A stretch of DNA of 64,000 bases from positions 211,498 through 275,497 of the forward strand of contig NW_013657670.1 of NCBI RefSeq assembly GCF_000142905.1. The letters run 5' to 3'. Shown here piece after piece: positions 25,408 to 35,594 of this stretch. The position numbers and the translations under genes were made by a program. Every line of letters starts with the position of its first letter. Positions within the stretch are counted from its first letter, which is position 1. The notes under the pieces are model-generated. The model made no database searches. It was not told the DNA's origin and saw nothing but the letters and a program-made list of their open reading frames with translations. This DNA is from Thecamonas trahens ATCC 50062. Its lineage: Eukaryota; Protista; Apusomonadida.

Positions 25408-25653
25408 GGCTGCCGACTGTGTCTTTAGAAAGGGAGGGGGGGAGGGGGAGGAGGAAGGGAGGAAGGGGGGGGGGGGGGGGGAGCGAGTGAGGTGTAGGGG
25501 TTGGGCCAGGGGGGGAGGCCTAGGAGAGGGGGGGAGACAAGGCAGACGACACAGGATTCGACCAAGCACGGGACTCGACCCGACACCAGCCAGTCACTCC
25601 CCCTCCTTCCCTCCCTAGCACACCACTTCGCCCTCTCACTGACCTTCTCGCTC

Positions 25654-27182
25654 ATGGCTCGGGCCGCGGTGGTTGGCGCGGTGGCGGTGGTGGTGGCGGT
25701 GGCGGCGGCGCTGGCGCTGGTTCTGTTGCTGGTGGTGAACGACGACGCGCCTGCGCCTGCTCCGCACATGCTCAACAGATCAGAGCGGAAGAGTGGGACG
25801 GTTGAGTTGGACACGACGCGTCCGCACCCGATGCGGCTGCCAGCTTACTACTCTACAATGGACGAGACTATGACCGAGGTCCGTAGGCTGGCCACAACCT
25901 GTCCACCGCTGGTCGTCGACTCGCTCCCGCTGACCGGCGACGACCCGCTGGTTGTGCTCCGGCTCCACGATGCGGATCTGGCAAGCTCGCTCCCACCACG
26001 AGCTGCACCAATGGACCGATCGTGCTACACTCAAGGCCGGGCAAACAAGGACGCTGGCCTGGACGCGCTGCCGACGGTGTTGATCACGGCTGGCCTCCAC
26101 CCGCGCGAGGTGTTTGCAACTGAGCTCGCGCTGGGCCTCGTCCGCTGGCTCTGCGCCGCATACGACCAGGCGAGCGCTATGGACGCCGCCGAAGCGTGGT
26201 CAGTCCAGTACATGTTGGCTCGGATGGAGCTTGTCGTAATCCCGCTCGCCAACCCGAGCGGCCGGCGGGTGGTTGAGGAGACCGACGCATGCGCACGGAC
26301 CTCTGCAGCGGGCATCGACCTCAACCGCAACTGGGTCTTCCGCCACGGCAAAGGCGAGCCCAACGAAGCGGCGGGCAACAAGCCGCTCTCGGCCGAGGAG
26401 ACCCGGGTCCTGTTTGACTACATGTCGGTGCTGACCAAAGACCCCGAGCGCAACGTGGGCCTCTTTGTCGACATCCATTCGGGCGTGACCGAGGTGTACA
26501 TCCCATACGACTCGGCGAGCGATGTGCTGCCGCGAAGTAAGCGGGCAATGTGCCTCTACGAGGTTGTAGATACATTTGCCACGCTCGGATGTGGGGCGTG
26601 CGCTCGCGGCTCGGCTGGCGTCATCGGCAACGAGCTGGTCTTTGGCACTGCTGCCGACACCATGTTTGTTACGCTGGGCGTCTCTGTCGTCCTCACAGTC
26701 GACGCCTTCGGCGCGCCGGACAAGAGCGACTGCTTTCTCCGGTTCAACCCGGACGATGAAGCCAAATATCACTCCATCGTCGCGCACTGGCTCGACGCTT
26801 TTGATTTTGCCTTCTGGGATGTGCTCGAGTCGAGCCAGGGTACCTCCAAGCGTGCCGCTGCCGCCTACTATTACGACTTTGTCGACAGCTCGCTCGCCTG
26901 GGGCTCCAACCTCCGGATGGCCGCGCTCTCTGCCGCCGCCACTCGCCGCCCATCGAACTGGTACCTCAGATCGCGCGAGCGCAGCGAGCACAGTAGCGGA
27001 GCCGCCGCCAAGGAGCCCTCCCCGCCCTCGCCGCCGCCCACAATCTCTAATGCTGCACACTTTGAGACTGTGGAATCGCAGCACACTTCGTGGCTGGCCT
27101 TTAGTGCCTTTGCCATCAACGCGCTCGTCGCCTACGCCCTCTGCCAAGCGCGCGCCGAGCATCGTCGTCGATCCAGACTTGA
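25654..27182 (+). CDS. M14 zinc carboxypeptidase-like protein with N-terminal signal/anchor and C-terminal hydrophobic segment (3' end uncertain)
   Basis: AGLHPRE (HxxE), IPLANPSGR, GIDLNRNW, PLSAEET, VDIHS. The assembled frame reads through into CIA1. Confidence 0.8.
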
Positions 27183-27393
27183 GCCTGAACCCACCACACA
27201 ACTGCACCCACCACACAACTGCACACAACTGCGCACAACTCCATGGGATATCACCATCCTCCTCATTTTCAAGTCCGTGCCCCCCCCCCCCGGCGCCCAT
27301 CGGCTGACTCACCAAGGCGACCGCCGACCGGCCGGCAGCACCCAAGCGGACGGGTTCCAAGACTCGAGTCCGCAGCAACAAGCAAGGCGAGAC

Positions 27394-28413
27394 ATGGCTG
27401 GGCTTGTGTGCAAGCACACGGCGGGTGCACCCGAGGGTGAGCGGGTGTGGGACGTGGCATTCTCGCCGCTAGGCAACGCGCTGGCGGTGACGGGCGGCTT
27501 CCATGCGGTGGCCCTTGTTGACGCAGCGGCGCCGGAGCGGCAGCTGGACATGCTGGATGAGGTCCACGAGCGGACGGTGCGGCGGATCGGGTGGGCACCG
27601 AGCGGACGGGCCCTGGCAGCGGCCTCGTTTGACGGTACCGTCTCTGTCTGGGCCCTGCCCGACGACGGCGCGCCCGGCGGCTTTGCCCTCGCCCATCTGC
27701 TGCAGGGCCACGAGAATGAGGTCAAGGCCGCGGCGTGGTCGGCGTCGGGCGCGCTGCTAGCCACCTGCTCGCGCGACAAGTCGGTGTGGATCTGGAACTT
27801 AGATCCCGATGGCGGCGCGCCGGCGTGCGTGGCTGTCCTGCAGGGCCACTCGCAGGACGTCAAGACTGTGGTCTGGCACCCGAGCCAGGATGTCCTCGTT
27901 TCGGCCTCGTACGACAACGAGCTACGGCTGTGGATCGATGACGACGGCGACTGGTTCTGCTGCACTGTGCTGGCCGGCCACTTGTCTACCGTCTGGGACG
28001 TCGCCTTCTCGCCCGACGGCTCGTCGCTGGTCTCGGCCTCATCCGACGGCACTCTCAAGATCTGGACCCTCTCCGATGTTGTTGCCGGCAAGCCGGCCGG
28101 CTCCATCATCACCGAAAACTCTGACTACATGTGCGTCGCCACCGTCTCCGACTACTTTACCCGCGACATCTACGCTGTCGACTGGAACAAGACTACCGGC
28201 CTCATTGCCGCTGCTGGCGGCGACAACGCCATTGTCGTCCTCGCCGTCGACAACGCAGTTGCAAGCGAGGTCTCCACCTCCCTCATCGCCTCGGCTCCCG
28301 CCGCTCACGACGACGATATCAACGCCGTTGCATGGCATCCACGCCAGCCCGATCTCCTGGCCTCTGGCGCGGACGACGGCATGATCAAGGTGTGGCAGGT
28401 GCCCGAGCCGTAG
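27394..28413 (+). CDS. CIAO1: Cytosolic Fe-S assembly WD40 protein CIA1
   Basis: HERTVRRIGWAPSG, LQGHENEVKAAAWS, LATCSRDKSVWIW, GHSQDVKTVVWHP, SASYDN, DDGDWFC. Confidence 0.93.
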   Translation: MAGLVCKHTAGAPEGERVWDVAFSPLGNALAVTGGFHAVALVDAAAPERQLDMLDEVHERTVRRIGWAPSGRALAAASFDGTVSVWALPDDGAPGGFALAHLLQGHENEVKAAAWSASGALLATCSRDKSVWIWNLDPDGGAPACVAVLQGHSQDVKTVVWHPSQDVLVSASYDNELRLWIDDDGDWFCCTVLAGHLSTVWDVAFSPDGSSLVSASSDGTLKIWTLSDVVAGKPAGSIITENSDYMCVATVSDYFTRDIYAVDWNKTTGLIAAAGGDNAIVVLAVDNAVASEVSTSLIASAPAAHDDDINAVAWHPRQPDLLASGADDGMIKVWQVPEP

Positions 28414-28570
28414 CACTTTTGGCCCCCCTTCGCCCGTTCCATCCATCCATCTCCATCCTTGACCGGATCGGCCAACCCGACCTCCCCTCATGCTCCACCC
28501 ACGCCCACAACCGAGTGCCATTGACGAACATCATCAGCAACAACTGCTCTTCCCCTACAAAACAACAGAC

Positions 28571-29653
28571 ATGGATCCCCAGAGCGAGGCTTCTTGGGGC
28601 GAGGACAGACAACGTGAGCGTGGCGGCGGACGCGGCGGTCGTGGCGGACGCGGCGGTCGTGGCGGTCGTGGTGGGCGTGGCGGGCGTGGTGAGCGAGGCG
28701 GACGACGGAGTGGTGGCCGAGGTGGTGGACGTAGCGGCGGACGCTACGGAGGGCGCGGCGGTAGGCGTAGCGGCGGGCGCGGTGGACGCGACGGGCGTGG
28801 CGGTGGCGGGTTTGGCGGCCGTGGGCGTGGCGGCCCTGGCGGAGCCCGGCCCAAGATGTGCTACCACTGCGGCGAGACCGGGCACTTTAAGCAGCAGTGC
28901 CCAGAGATCCGAGCGTACGACGTTTGCTTCCGGTGCCGCAAGTCAGGCCACAGTGTAGCCGACTGCCCCGAAGGCGGTGGCAGCGGCGGAAACGGTGGCG
29001 AGGGCGAGAAGGGGGGCAAGGGCAAGAAGAAGAAGCCCAAGTCGATCTGCTACAACTGTGGATCGAAGCGGCACACGCTCAAGCGGTGCAAGAAAGAGAA
29101 GATCGGGAGCGGGCTGGACTTTGCGTCGTGCTATGTGTGTGGCAAGCAGGGCCATTTGGCGTCCAAGTGTCCCGAGAACATGAACGGCATCTACCCCAAC
29201 GGCGGGTGCTGCAAGCGGTGCGGCTCGGTGTATCACCTGCTGCGCGATTGCGACGCCGTGGCGCTCAAGAAGCAGATGGCGACGGCTGAAGCGGACGGCG
29301 GCATGGGCTGGCACGATCCGGGCACACTCGAGTATGTGGTTCACCGCAAGACAACCGAGGCCAAGATTTCCGAGGCGAATGTCGACGCCGGCGCCACCGG
29401 CGCCAACCAACTGGAGCTCGGCACACGTGCTGGCGGCGCTGAGCCGGCGGCGGCGGCGCCGTCGGCCCCGCTCTCACTTGCCGAGCGGCTCGCGGCCAAG
29501 AAGCGCAAGGCGACCGAGCCAACAGTGGCGGCGGCCGAAGCGCCGTCGGGCCCGATCTCGCTCTCGGAGCGGTTGGCGGCCAAGAAGCGCAAGGCGAGCC
29601 AGCCCGCGGTTGTTTCGTTTGACGCCAAGCGGCAGCGCACACTGCTCAACTGA
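28571..29653 (+). CDS. ZCCHC9: RGG-box plus five CCHC zinc-knuckle protein, ZCCHC9-like
   Basis: Five CX2CX4HX4C knuckles. FASCYVCGKQGHLASKCPENMNGIYPNGGCCKRCGSVYH is typical of the family. Long N-terminal RGG tract. Confidence 0.82.
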   Translation: MDPQSEASWGEDRQRERGGGRGGRGGRGGRGGRGGRGGRGERGGRRSGGRGGGRSGGRYGGRGGRRSGGRGGRDGRGGGGFGGRGRGGPGGARPKMCYHCGETGHFKQQCPEIRAYDVCFRCRKSGHSVADCPEGGGSGGNGGEGEKGGKGKKKKPKSICYNCGSKRHTLKRCKKEKIGSGLDFASCYVCGKQGHLASKCPENMNGIYPNGGCCKRCGSVYHLLRDCDAVALKKQMATAEADGGMGWHDPGTLEYVVHRKTTEAKISEANVDAGATGANQLELGTRAGGAEPAAAAPSAPLSLAERLAAKKRKATEPTVAAAEAPSGPISLSERLAAKKRKASQPAVVSFDAKRQRTLLN

Positions 29654-29746
29654 GATGAAGGAACGGTACAGGAACAAAGAGGGGGAGGAGAGGAAAGACG
29701 GGTGTATTCACACAGGAACGGGGAGGGAGAGGGATGGTCGAGGTGT

Positions 29747-31495
29747 TCACGACGACGAGCCGGCAGCGTCCTTGAGCTCGGCCTCGAGCTGGCGAACCTT
29801 GGTCTCGAGGGCGGCGACCTTCTGCTTGAGCTTGGTGATGGTGGCCTCCTGGTTGCGGTGGGCCTCACGGATCTCGTCCTCGGACATGTCAGCCGGGTTG
29901 ACGGGGCCGGTGGCGGTGGCGGCAGCCTCCGCGGTGACATTGAACGAGGCCTCGGTGGCGACAAAGCCGTCACGGAGCGAGACAAGGATGGGGTCGGCGT
30001 CGGAGCCGCCAAACCACTCATCGGCGGTGAGGGCGGGGACACCACCGGCGGTGTCGGGGAAGATGTCCTCGGCAAAGATCTCGGCCTTACGCGGGACGCG
30101 GAAGGAGAGCGGCTCGAGGGTGGTGTTGGTGAGCTTGAGGAGGCGGACAATCTCGCACTTGTTGACCGAGACGGAGCGCTTGCCGACGGAGCACATGCCC
30201 TTCTGCGAGTCGGACGACTTGTACTCGGAGATGTAGCAGACGAAGGGGTCCTCGTCAACGAGCTCGTAGTAGCGGATGTTGCCGTCACCCTTGCCAGCAA
30301 GGAAGATCATGGACGTGTCCGCGTCGTAGAACGGCATGAGGATGCCGGACGAGTTGTCGACCGACTTCTTGGTCATGGGCTTCTCGAGGTTGCGAGTGTC
30401 CCAGAGGGCGTACTCGCGCGAGGCCATCTTGGAGTAGCCGGTGGTGAAGATCTGCTCGCGGTCGCCGAGGAAGACGCAGCGCGAGCCCTTGATGCCGGCG
30501 TGCGAGGCGGTGTCAGCGACAGCGTCGGTCGAGCTGCGCGGGTCCCAGAGCTTGAGCTTCTTGTCCTTGCCCACCGAGCAGAACGAGGAGCCGTTGCGGT
30601 TCCACGAAAAGTCGTTGATGTTGTTGGTGTGGCCCGCGAGCTGGATCTTCTCCTCGGCCTTCTCGATGTCCCAAAGACGGATGGTGAGGTCAGTCGACGA
30701 GGTGGCGAGCACGTTGGCGGCAACCGGGTGGAACTGGAGCTGGCCAACCTTGCGGCCGTGGCCGGAGAGGGTGAGCAGCGGCTCAGTCACGTTCTCGGTC
30801 GGGCCGCCCTCGGGAACCTGCCACACCTTGGCGGTGCAGTCCTCAGAGCCGGACGCGACAATAAAGTCGTTGAACGGGTTGAACTGGGTGTCGAGCACGG
30901 TGCCGGTATGGCCCGCAAACAGCGGCGCGGTGGTACCGATCTTGCCCACGTTCTCGTGCGAGTTGACCATGAACGCACCGCCACCGCCGGCGTTCCAGTT
31001 GACTGCGAAGAAGTACGGGTTGGCCGAGACCATGTTCGAGTCCCATGCGCTGTCCTCGTCGGTTCGCGCTTGCGGTGAGTTCGGCCGCTCGCCCTCCGCC
31101 ACCGCTCGATGCTGAAGAATCGTGGCCTGAAAAAATTGGGTTCCAAGGGGAAGGCGACCAAGCCCACAGCGACAGCGCCTGTACACCCACCAAGTGCATC
31201 AAGGTCGATGCTCTCGCCGCCGCCCATGCTCTCGCGGGGGGCGGTGCCCTGAGGGAGGACTGAGGGGGCAGAGGTTGGATAGAACGTCGCTTCTTAGTGC
31301 GCGTGCGGGAGGCCGAGCGCAGCAACGATTTCGGAGGAAAAATAAACTGAGGACGCCAGGCAGAGCAAGTCTGCGGGTACGGGGAAGGCGCAGGACGTAC
31401 GACTTGGAAATGCGGAGCTCCTGGTACGTGATCTCACGCTTGGGCGGATCAGCGAACACGTGGCGGAACTTGGAGGCACGGACAAAGCGCGACAT
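29747..31495 (-). CDS. CORO1: Coronin; exons 31495-31401 and 31049-29747
   Basis: MSRFVRASKFRHVF, GHTGTVLDTQFNPFND, AGKGDGNIRYYE, SFRVPRKAEIFAEDIFPDT and a C-terminal coiled coil. Phase-2 intron. Confidence 0.96.
31050..31400 (-). other. Spliceosomal intron of coronin (351 nt)
   Basis: GTACGT ... ACTCAC (31080-31075) ... GAGGACAG. Restores ISKSAWDSN. Confidence 0.92.
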
Positions 31496-31745
31496 GCTGG
31501 GTGTTGTCAGACGGGTGGTGACGAGTGGTTGACGCCCACACTCGCAACGAACACCAGCCGCCTGGGAACGAACGAAACCAGCCGCGGAACACGTTTGAGT
31601 GCCGAAGAATCTGAAGCAAGTTTGCTCCCTTTGGGCGGGGGGGGGGGGGGGGGGTTCACGGAATGCTGTTACACCCTGCTACATGGATGAGCGTTGTGTT
31701 TTGGTGAATAGGTTCGGCACAAAGGGGGGGGGGGCTTCAGCAAAC

Positions 31746-32630
31746 TCATATTGCTGCAATGATGATGGCGCAGACAATGAGAGCAAAGGCAAAGAGAATG
31801 AGCGAGAGACGGGCGAGGAAGCGGACTCTGCTGTTGGGCGAGCGAAGGAAGAGATAGCCGAGGAGCCAAGGGAGGATGCAGCAAAAGCCGGAAATAAAAA
31901 TAGCGAGGATGATGTAGACGTCGGACCTTGTCTTGGCGAGCATCAGTTGCTCTTCACGGAGACGGACGGCTTCGAGCTCGCGCTCGGTGGTCGAGGATCG
32001 GATCAGTGCTGCGGTGTTGCAGAGTGGCGAGCCCCCATCCTGGACGGCGGCAATGGCGTCCGAGTCAAGCGTCTCCGACACGTTGTCCAGCGGGACAACC
32101 GCGACAACAGAACGGGTCGGCGCAAAGCCGATGCCGCCTGACGAGGCGTGTGAGAGCGCGCTCACCACCGACTCGGTCCCGTCGGCGCTGCGGACAGCGA
32201 GCTGGGTAGGCTTGACACCGAGTCCATGCGATCCGGAGACCGTCGAGTACTGCGGCGGCATGCCCTTGCTCTTGTACCCGCCATCGATCGAGAGCGACGA
32301 TGACGATGACTCGCCAAGCCGGAGTACGGTGTTGTCGAGTCCAGGGAGGCATGCGTGCGACGAGTGCTCCGACTCGGAGAGCGAGAGCGTGGCGGTCGAC
32401 GACGACGCCACCACCGCCGTCGACGGCTGGCGTTCCAGGCCAATACTCATGAGAATCCACCGTGGATTCCGACGTGACGCGCTCTCGTCACTCTGTCTTT
32501 GCTCCTCGTTGTCTCCACCCACACTCCTTGTGTACGTGAGGTATGACACCTTCATAACTCCCGCCCTTCCGCCCCCCACGCGTCCTCTCCTCCGCGTTGC
32601 CGCCGTGCCCCGTCGCCGGCCCGTGGCCAT
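31746..32630 (-). CDS. Hypothetical protein with a Ser-rich disordered region and two C-terminal TM segments (start uncertain)
   Basis: C-terminus VYIILAIFISGFCCILPWLLGYLFLRSPNSRVRFLARLSLILFAFALIVCAIIIAAI. Several candidate ATGs: 32717, 32675, 32630, 32555. Confidence 0.6.
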   Translation of the reverse strand: MATGRRRGTAATRRRGRVGGGRAGVMKVSYLTYTRSVGGDNEEQRQSDESASRRNPRWILMSIGLERQPSTAVVASSSTATLSLSESEHSSHACLPGLDNTVLRLGESSSSSLSIDGGYKSKGMPPQYSTVSGSHGLGVKPTQLAVRSADGTESVVSALSHASSGGIGFAPTRSVVAVVPLDNVSETLDSDAIAAVQDGGSPLCNTAALIRSSTTERELEAVRLREEQLMLAKTRSDVYIILAIFISGFCCILPWLLGYLFLRSPNSRVRFLARLSLILFAFALIVCAIIIAAI

Positions 32631-32867
32631 GTCCAAGACTGGTCGAAAAAAGGCACGAACACCATTTTTCGCCATCTCGGCCACAGTCGCCAAAATGCGA
32701 TGCAGACTTTCATGCATTCGCGGCGGCGGCGGGAAGGACCGTGTGACTGGGCAGCCGACTGGCCGCCATCGGCGGCGAGCTCTGCGAGGGACCGGTCGGC
32801 GACGAGGCCAAGGAATGGGCGACAAGAGCGCAAGCGGCATCACTCGACACAAACAACTCACGAGACC

Positions 32868-34605
32868 ATGTCCGCAGCCAAGTGCCCTGTGTGCACCAAG
32901 ACGGTACGTGAGACGGAGGCTCTCCGCGGTGTTGTTCGCACCCCTCTTGCCTGTGTGTCGTCTGCCGCGCTGCCTGGGAGGGGGGTCATGGCGCTGCGCT
33001 GCGCATGGCAGGCGTCCAAAAAAACGTCTGCGTGTTCATTCAGTGGAACTCGGTCCGGAACAGAGGCCCAACGCGAGTAGGAGGCGCATGCAACGGGTGC
33101 CGGCCACAAGTGCAGAGCAAGAGTGGGCGAAGAGAGGGGAAGGGGAGAGAGAGAGAGAGACGCTATAGAGGTGGCAATCTTGGAGGCGTAGGCGTCTGTG
33201 GAGAAAGGGGCGGTTTCGAGGTGATGGTTCCTTCCTCCCCCTGGCCCGAAAGGGAACGACGCCAAACTTGGACAACCTAGTGGGGCTTTCTTCTTGGTAG
33301 CGACTCACGGATGTGCCGGTGGGCGAGCGAGGACAGGCATACCCGATGGAGTCAGTGCGCGCGCTGTCAAAGACATTCCACAAGGCGTGCCTCAAGTGCT
33401 CGACATGCGGCATGTCGCTCAACCTGAAGACGATCGAGAGTGAGGGCGGAGTGCTGTACTGCAAGGTGCACCTGCCCAAGGCGACGGCAACGTCTGTGGC
33501 TGACTCTGTGGATGTGCAGCGGGCGACGTCTGCGCCGAAGCGGCCGGTCAAGAGTGGGATGACGGCGCCGCCGCCATCGGGCCCGCGGCCTACGCGGACG
33601 GGTGGCTCGAGCGGAGGAGGCTCGTCGCGCTTTGCCTCGGCGGGCGACAAGTGCCCGGTCTGCACCAAGACAGTGTACCCGACCGAGGCTGTTGCGGCGC
33701 TCGGGCACAAGTACCACAAGGCATGCTTCCGGTGCTCCGAGTGCAACATGTCGCTCAACCTGAAGAACTTCCAGTCGCGCGACAAGATCCTGTTCTGCAA
33801 GCCGCACCTCCCTAAGGAGTCGCACACCGCTGTTGCCGACGACATCCACACCCAGCGTGCCATCAACGCGCCGAAGCGGACCATGGCCCAGGGCGTGCGG
33901 TCCGACCTCGAGGGCGGTAAGCTCGTCGATGCCTCCAACTTTTCCGAGAACGACTTCCAGCGCGAGTCGCACTTTGACCCGGTGAACCAGACGACCGAGT
34001 CGCTGCCCGGTGCGCGCCAGGAGGAGGAGCCCGAGATCAACACCGGCGGTTCGGGCGGCTGGGGCGCCCCTGCGCCTGCTGCCGCAGAGCCGGAGCCGGC
34101 CTCGGGAGGCTGGGGCACCCCTGCGCCTGCTGCCGCAGAGCCGGAGCCGGCCTCGGGAGGCTGGGGCGCTCCCGCGCCTGCTGCCGAGCCGGAGCCGGTC
34201 GCTGAGCCCGCCGCCGACGAGTGGGCCGCAGAGCCTGCCGCAGAGCCTGCCGCCGACGGGTGGGCCGCAGAGCCTGCCGCAGAGCCCGCCGCCGACGAGT
34301 GGGCCGCAGAGCCCGCCGCCGACGATTGGGGCGCAGAACCCGCCGCAGAGCCCGCCGCCGACGAGTGGGGCGCAGAGCCCGCCGCAGAGCCTGTTGCCGA
34401 TGAGTGGGCTGCCGAGGCCGACACTGGCTCCTACCTGTACCAAGTCCAGGCCATGTACGAGTACGTGGTGGAGGAGGATGGCGAGCTCGGGTTCCCCGAG
34501 GGTGCTGTGGTCAACGTGCTCGAGGAGCTGTCGGAGGACTGGTGGCACGGCGAGTACAACGGTGCTGTCGGCATGTTCCCCGCCAACTACGTCCAGCGGA
34601 TCTAA
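32868..34605 (+). CDS. LASP-like cytoskeletal protein with 2 LIM domains, acidic Trp repeats and a C-terminal SH3; exons 32868-32903 and 33337-34605
   Basis: CPVCTKT|AYPME..FHKACLKCSTC..LYCKVH, a second LIM CPVCTKTVYPTE..YHKACFRCSEC, and SH3 AMYEY..ELGF..WWHG..GMFPANYV. The intron completes LIM1. Confidence 0.9.
32904..33336 (+). other. Spliceosomal intron of the LIM-SH3 gene (433 nt)
   Basis: GTACGT ... GACTCAC (33302-33308) ... GAGGACAG. Phase 0. Confidence 0.92.
34054..34412 (+). repeat. Coding tandem repeats: 3x GGWG(A/T)PAPAA(A)EPEP and 6x AEP(A/V)AD(E/G/D)W
   Basis: Directly visible in the DNA and the translation. Confidence 0.9.
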
Positions 34606-34682
34606 TGTGATGAACCAAGATAAAGAATCGCTTGAGTGTATCACTTGTGTACGTGCCTCTGCACGTCCGTCCCATGACTCTT

Positions 34683-35369
34683 TCATTCCTGTGTCTCCGG
34701 CACAAGCGCGAGGTCGGAGATGGCCACGCGTGAGTTGCGTGGATTGGCTGCCCGCTCAACACACTGCGCAAAGAGCGCCACAAGCTTGGCACGGGCAAGC
34801 TGGTCCTCAACCGAGCCTGCGGTGTGGTCGGTGGCCTGGGTGGCGTAGGTGGCGGCAAGGTCGTGGACAACCTTGCCCTGGCTCCCACGCGACATCTTGC
34901 GGACGGCGCCGCGGCCGCGGCGGCTAGGTGCAGCCGGGCCCGGTCGGTACGACGCCACAAGCGCAGCCGCGTAGTTAAGCTGTTCACCAGCAGCGCGCGC
35001 CACGGCATCGCGGGCGATAGCCGGATTGATGGCGTCTTTGCCGAGCGCCCGGTACAGCGGGACAACGCCGGCGAGGTCGAGCGAAGCCGTGTACGAGGCA
35101 CGCATCGAGAGCGGGATGGGCCCCAGCGGGCCGTCGATGAGTGTCGTGCACGGCACAGGTGCGGCATCAATGAGCACAGCTTTCTCGCCCATGACAGGGA
35201 GGCAGTGATGGTAGCCTGGGCCGTACGCGTGCGGCTTGAGCACGCCATTGCGGACGACGAGGCCGTAGCTGTCGGGCGGGACGTGGAACCGCCCGCCAAA
35301 GTACTGGTACACGCAAAAGCCGACGCCTCCGGCCATGACCGAGAATACAGCCGTTCGCACGGCCTGCAT
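34683..35369 (-). CDS. SPFH/band-7 (prohibitin-like) membrane protein, divergent
   Basis: N-terminal hydrophobic anchor followed by FHVPPDSYGLVVRNGVLKPHAYGPGYHHCLPVM and LYRALG, resembling the start of an SPFH domain. Confidence 0.55.
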   Translation of the reverse strand: MQAVRTAVFSVMAGGVGFCVYQYFGGRFHVPPDSYGLVVRNGVLKPHAYGPGYHHCLPVMGEKAVLIDAAPVPCTTLIDGPLGPIPLSMRASYTASLDLAGVVPLYRALGKDAINPAIARDAVARAAGEQLNYAAALVASYRPGPAAPSRRGRGAVRKMSRGSQGKVVHDLAATYATQATDHTAGSVEDQLARAKLVALFAQCVERAANPRNSRVAISDLALVPETQE

Positions 35370-35594
35370 GATGGGATGGAGTGGCGTGTTCTGAGGTCCC
35401 TCAGCCCAGGGTAACAGCGACGGCAGTCGGTCCGTGTTCGCGACCGTGACCGACCGACCGCCGACGGGGTGAGTCGGGCGAGCCTGGCATCGGGCACAAC
35501 ACTCATCCGAATCGGTGCTAGAGAGGGGGAGGGGGGACGGGCTTTCGGGGAGACACGGCAGAGCAGAGCGCGGCGTAGTCCACAGTGGCACGGC

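Noticed and set aside
4202-31078. Long antisense or alternate-frame ORFs over AAC, dynein, coronin and other genes
   Set aside because: These are shadow ORFs expected from high GC3 codon bias and carry no motifs of their own.
34054-34412. Regular repeats as a CRISPR-like array
   Set aside because: They are in-frame coding repeats without unique spacers, in a eukaryotic context with no cas genes.
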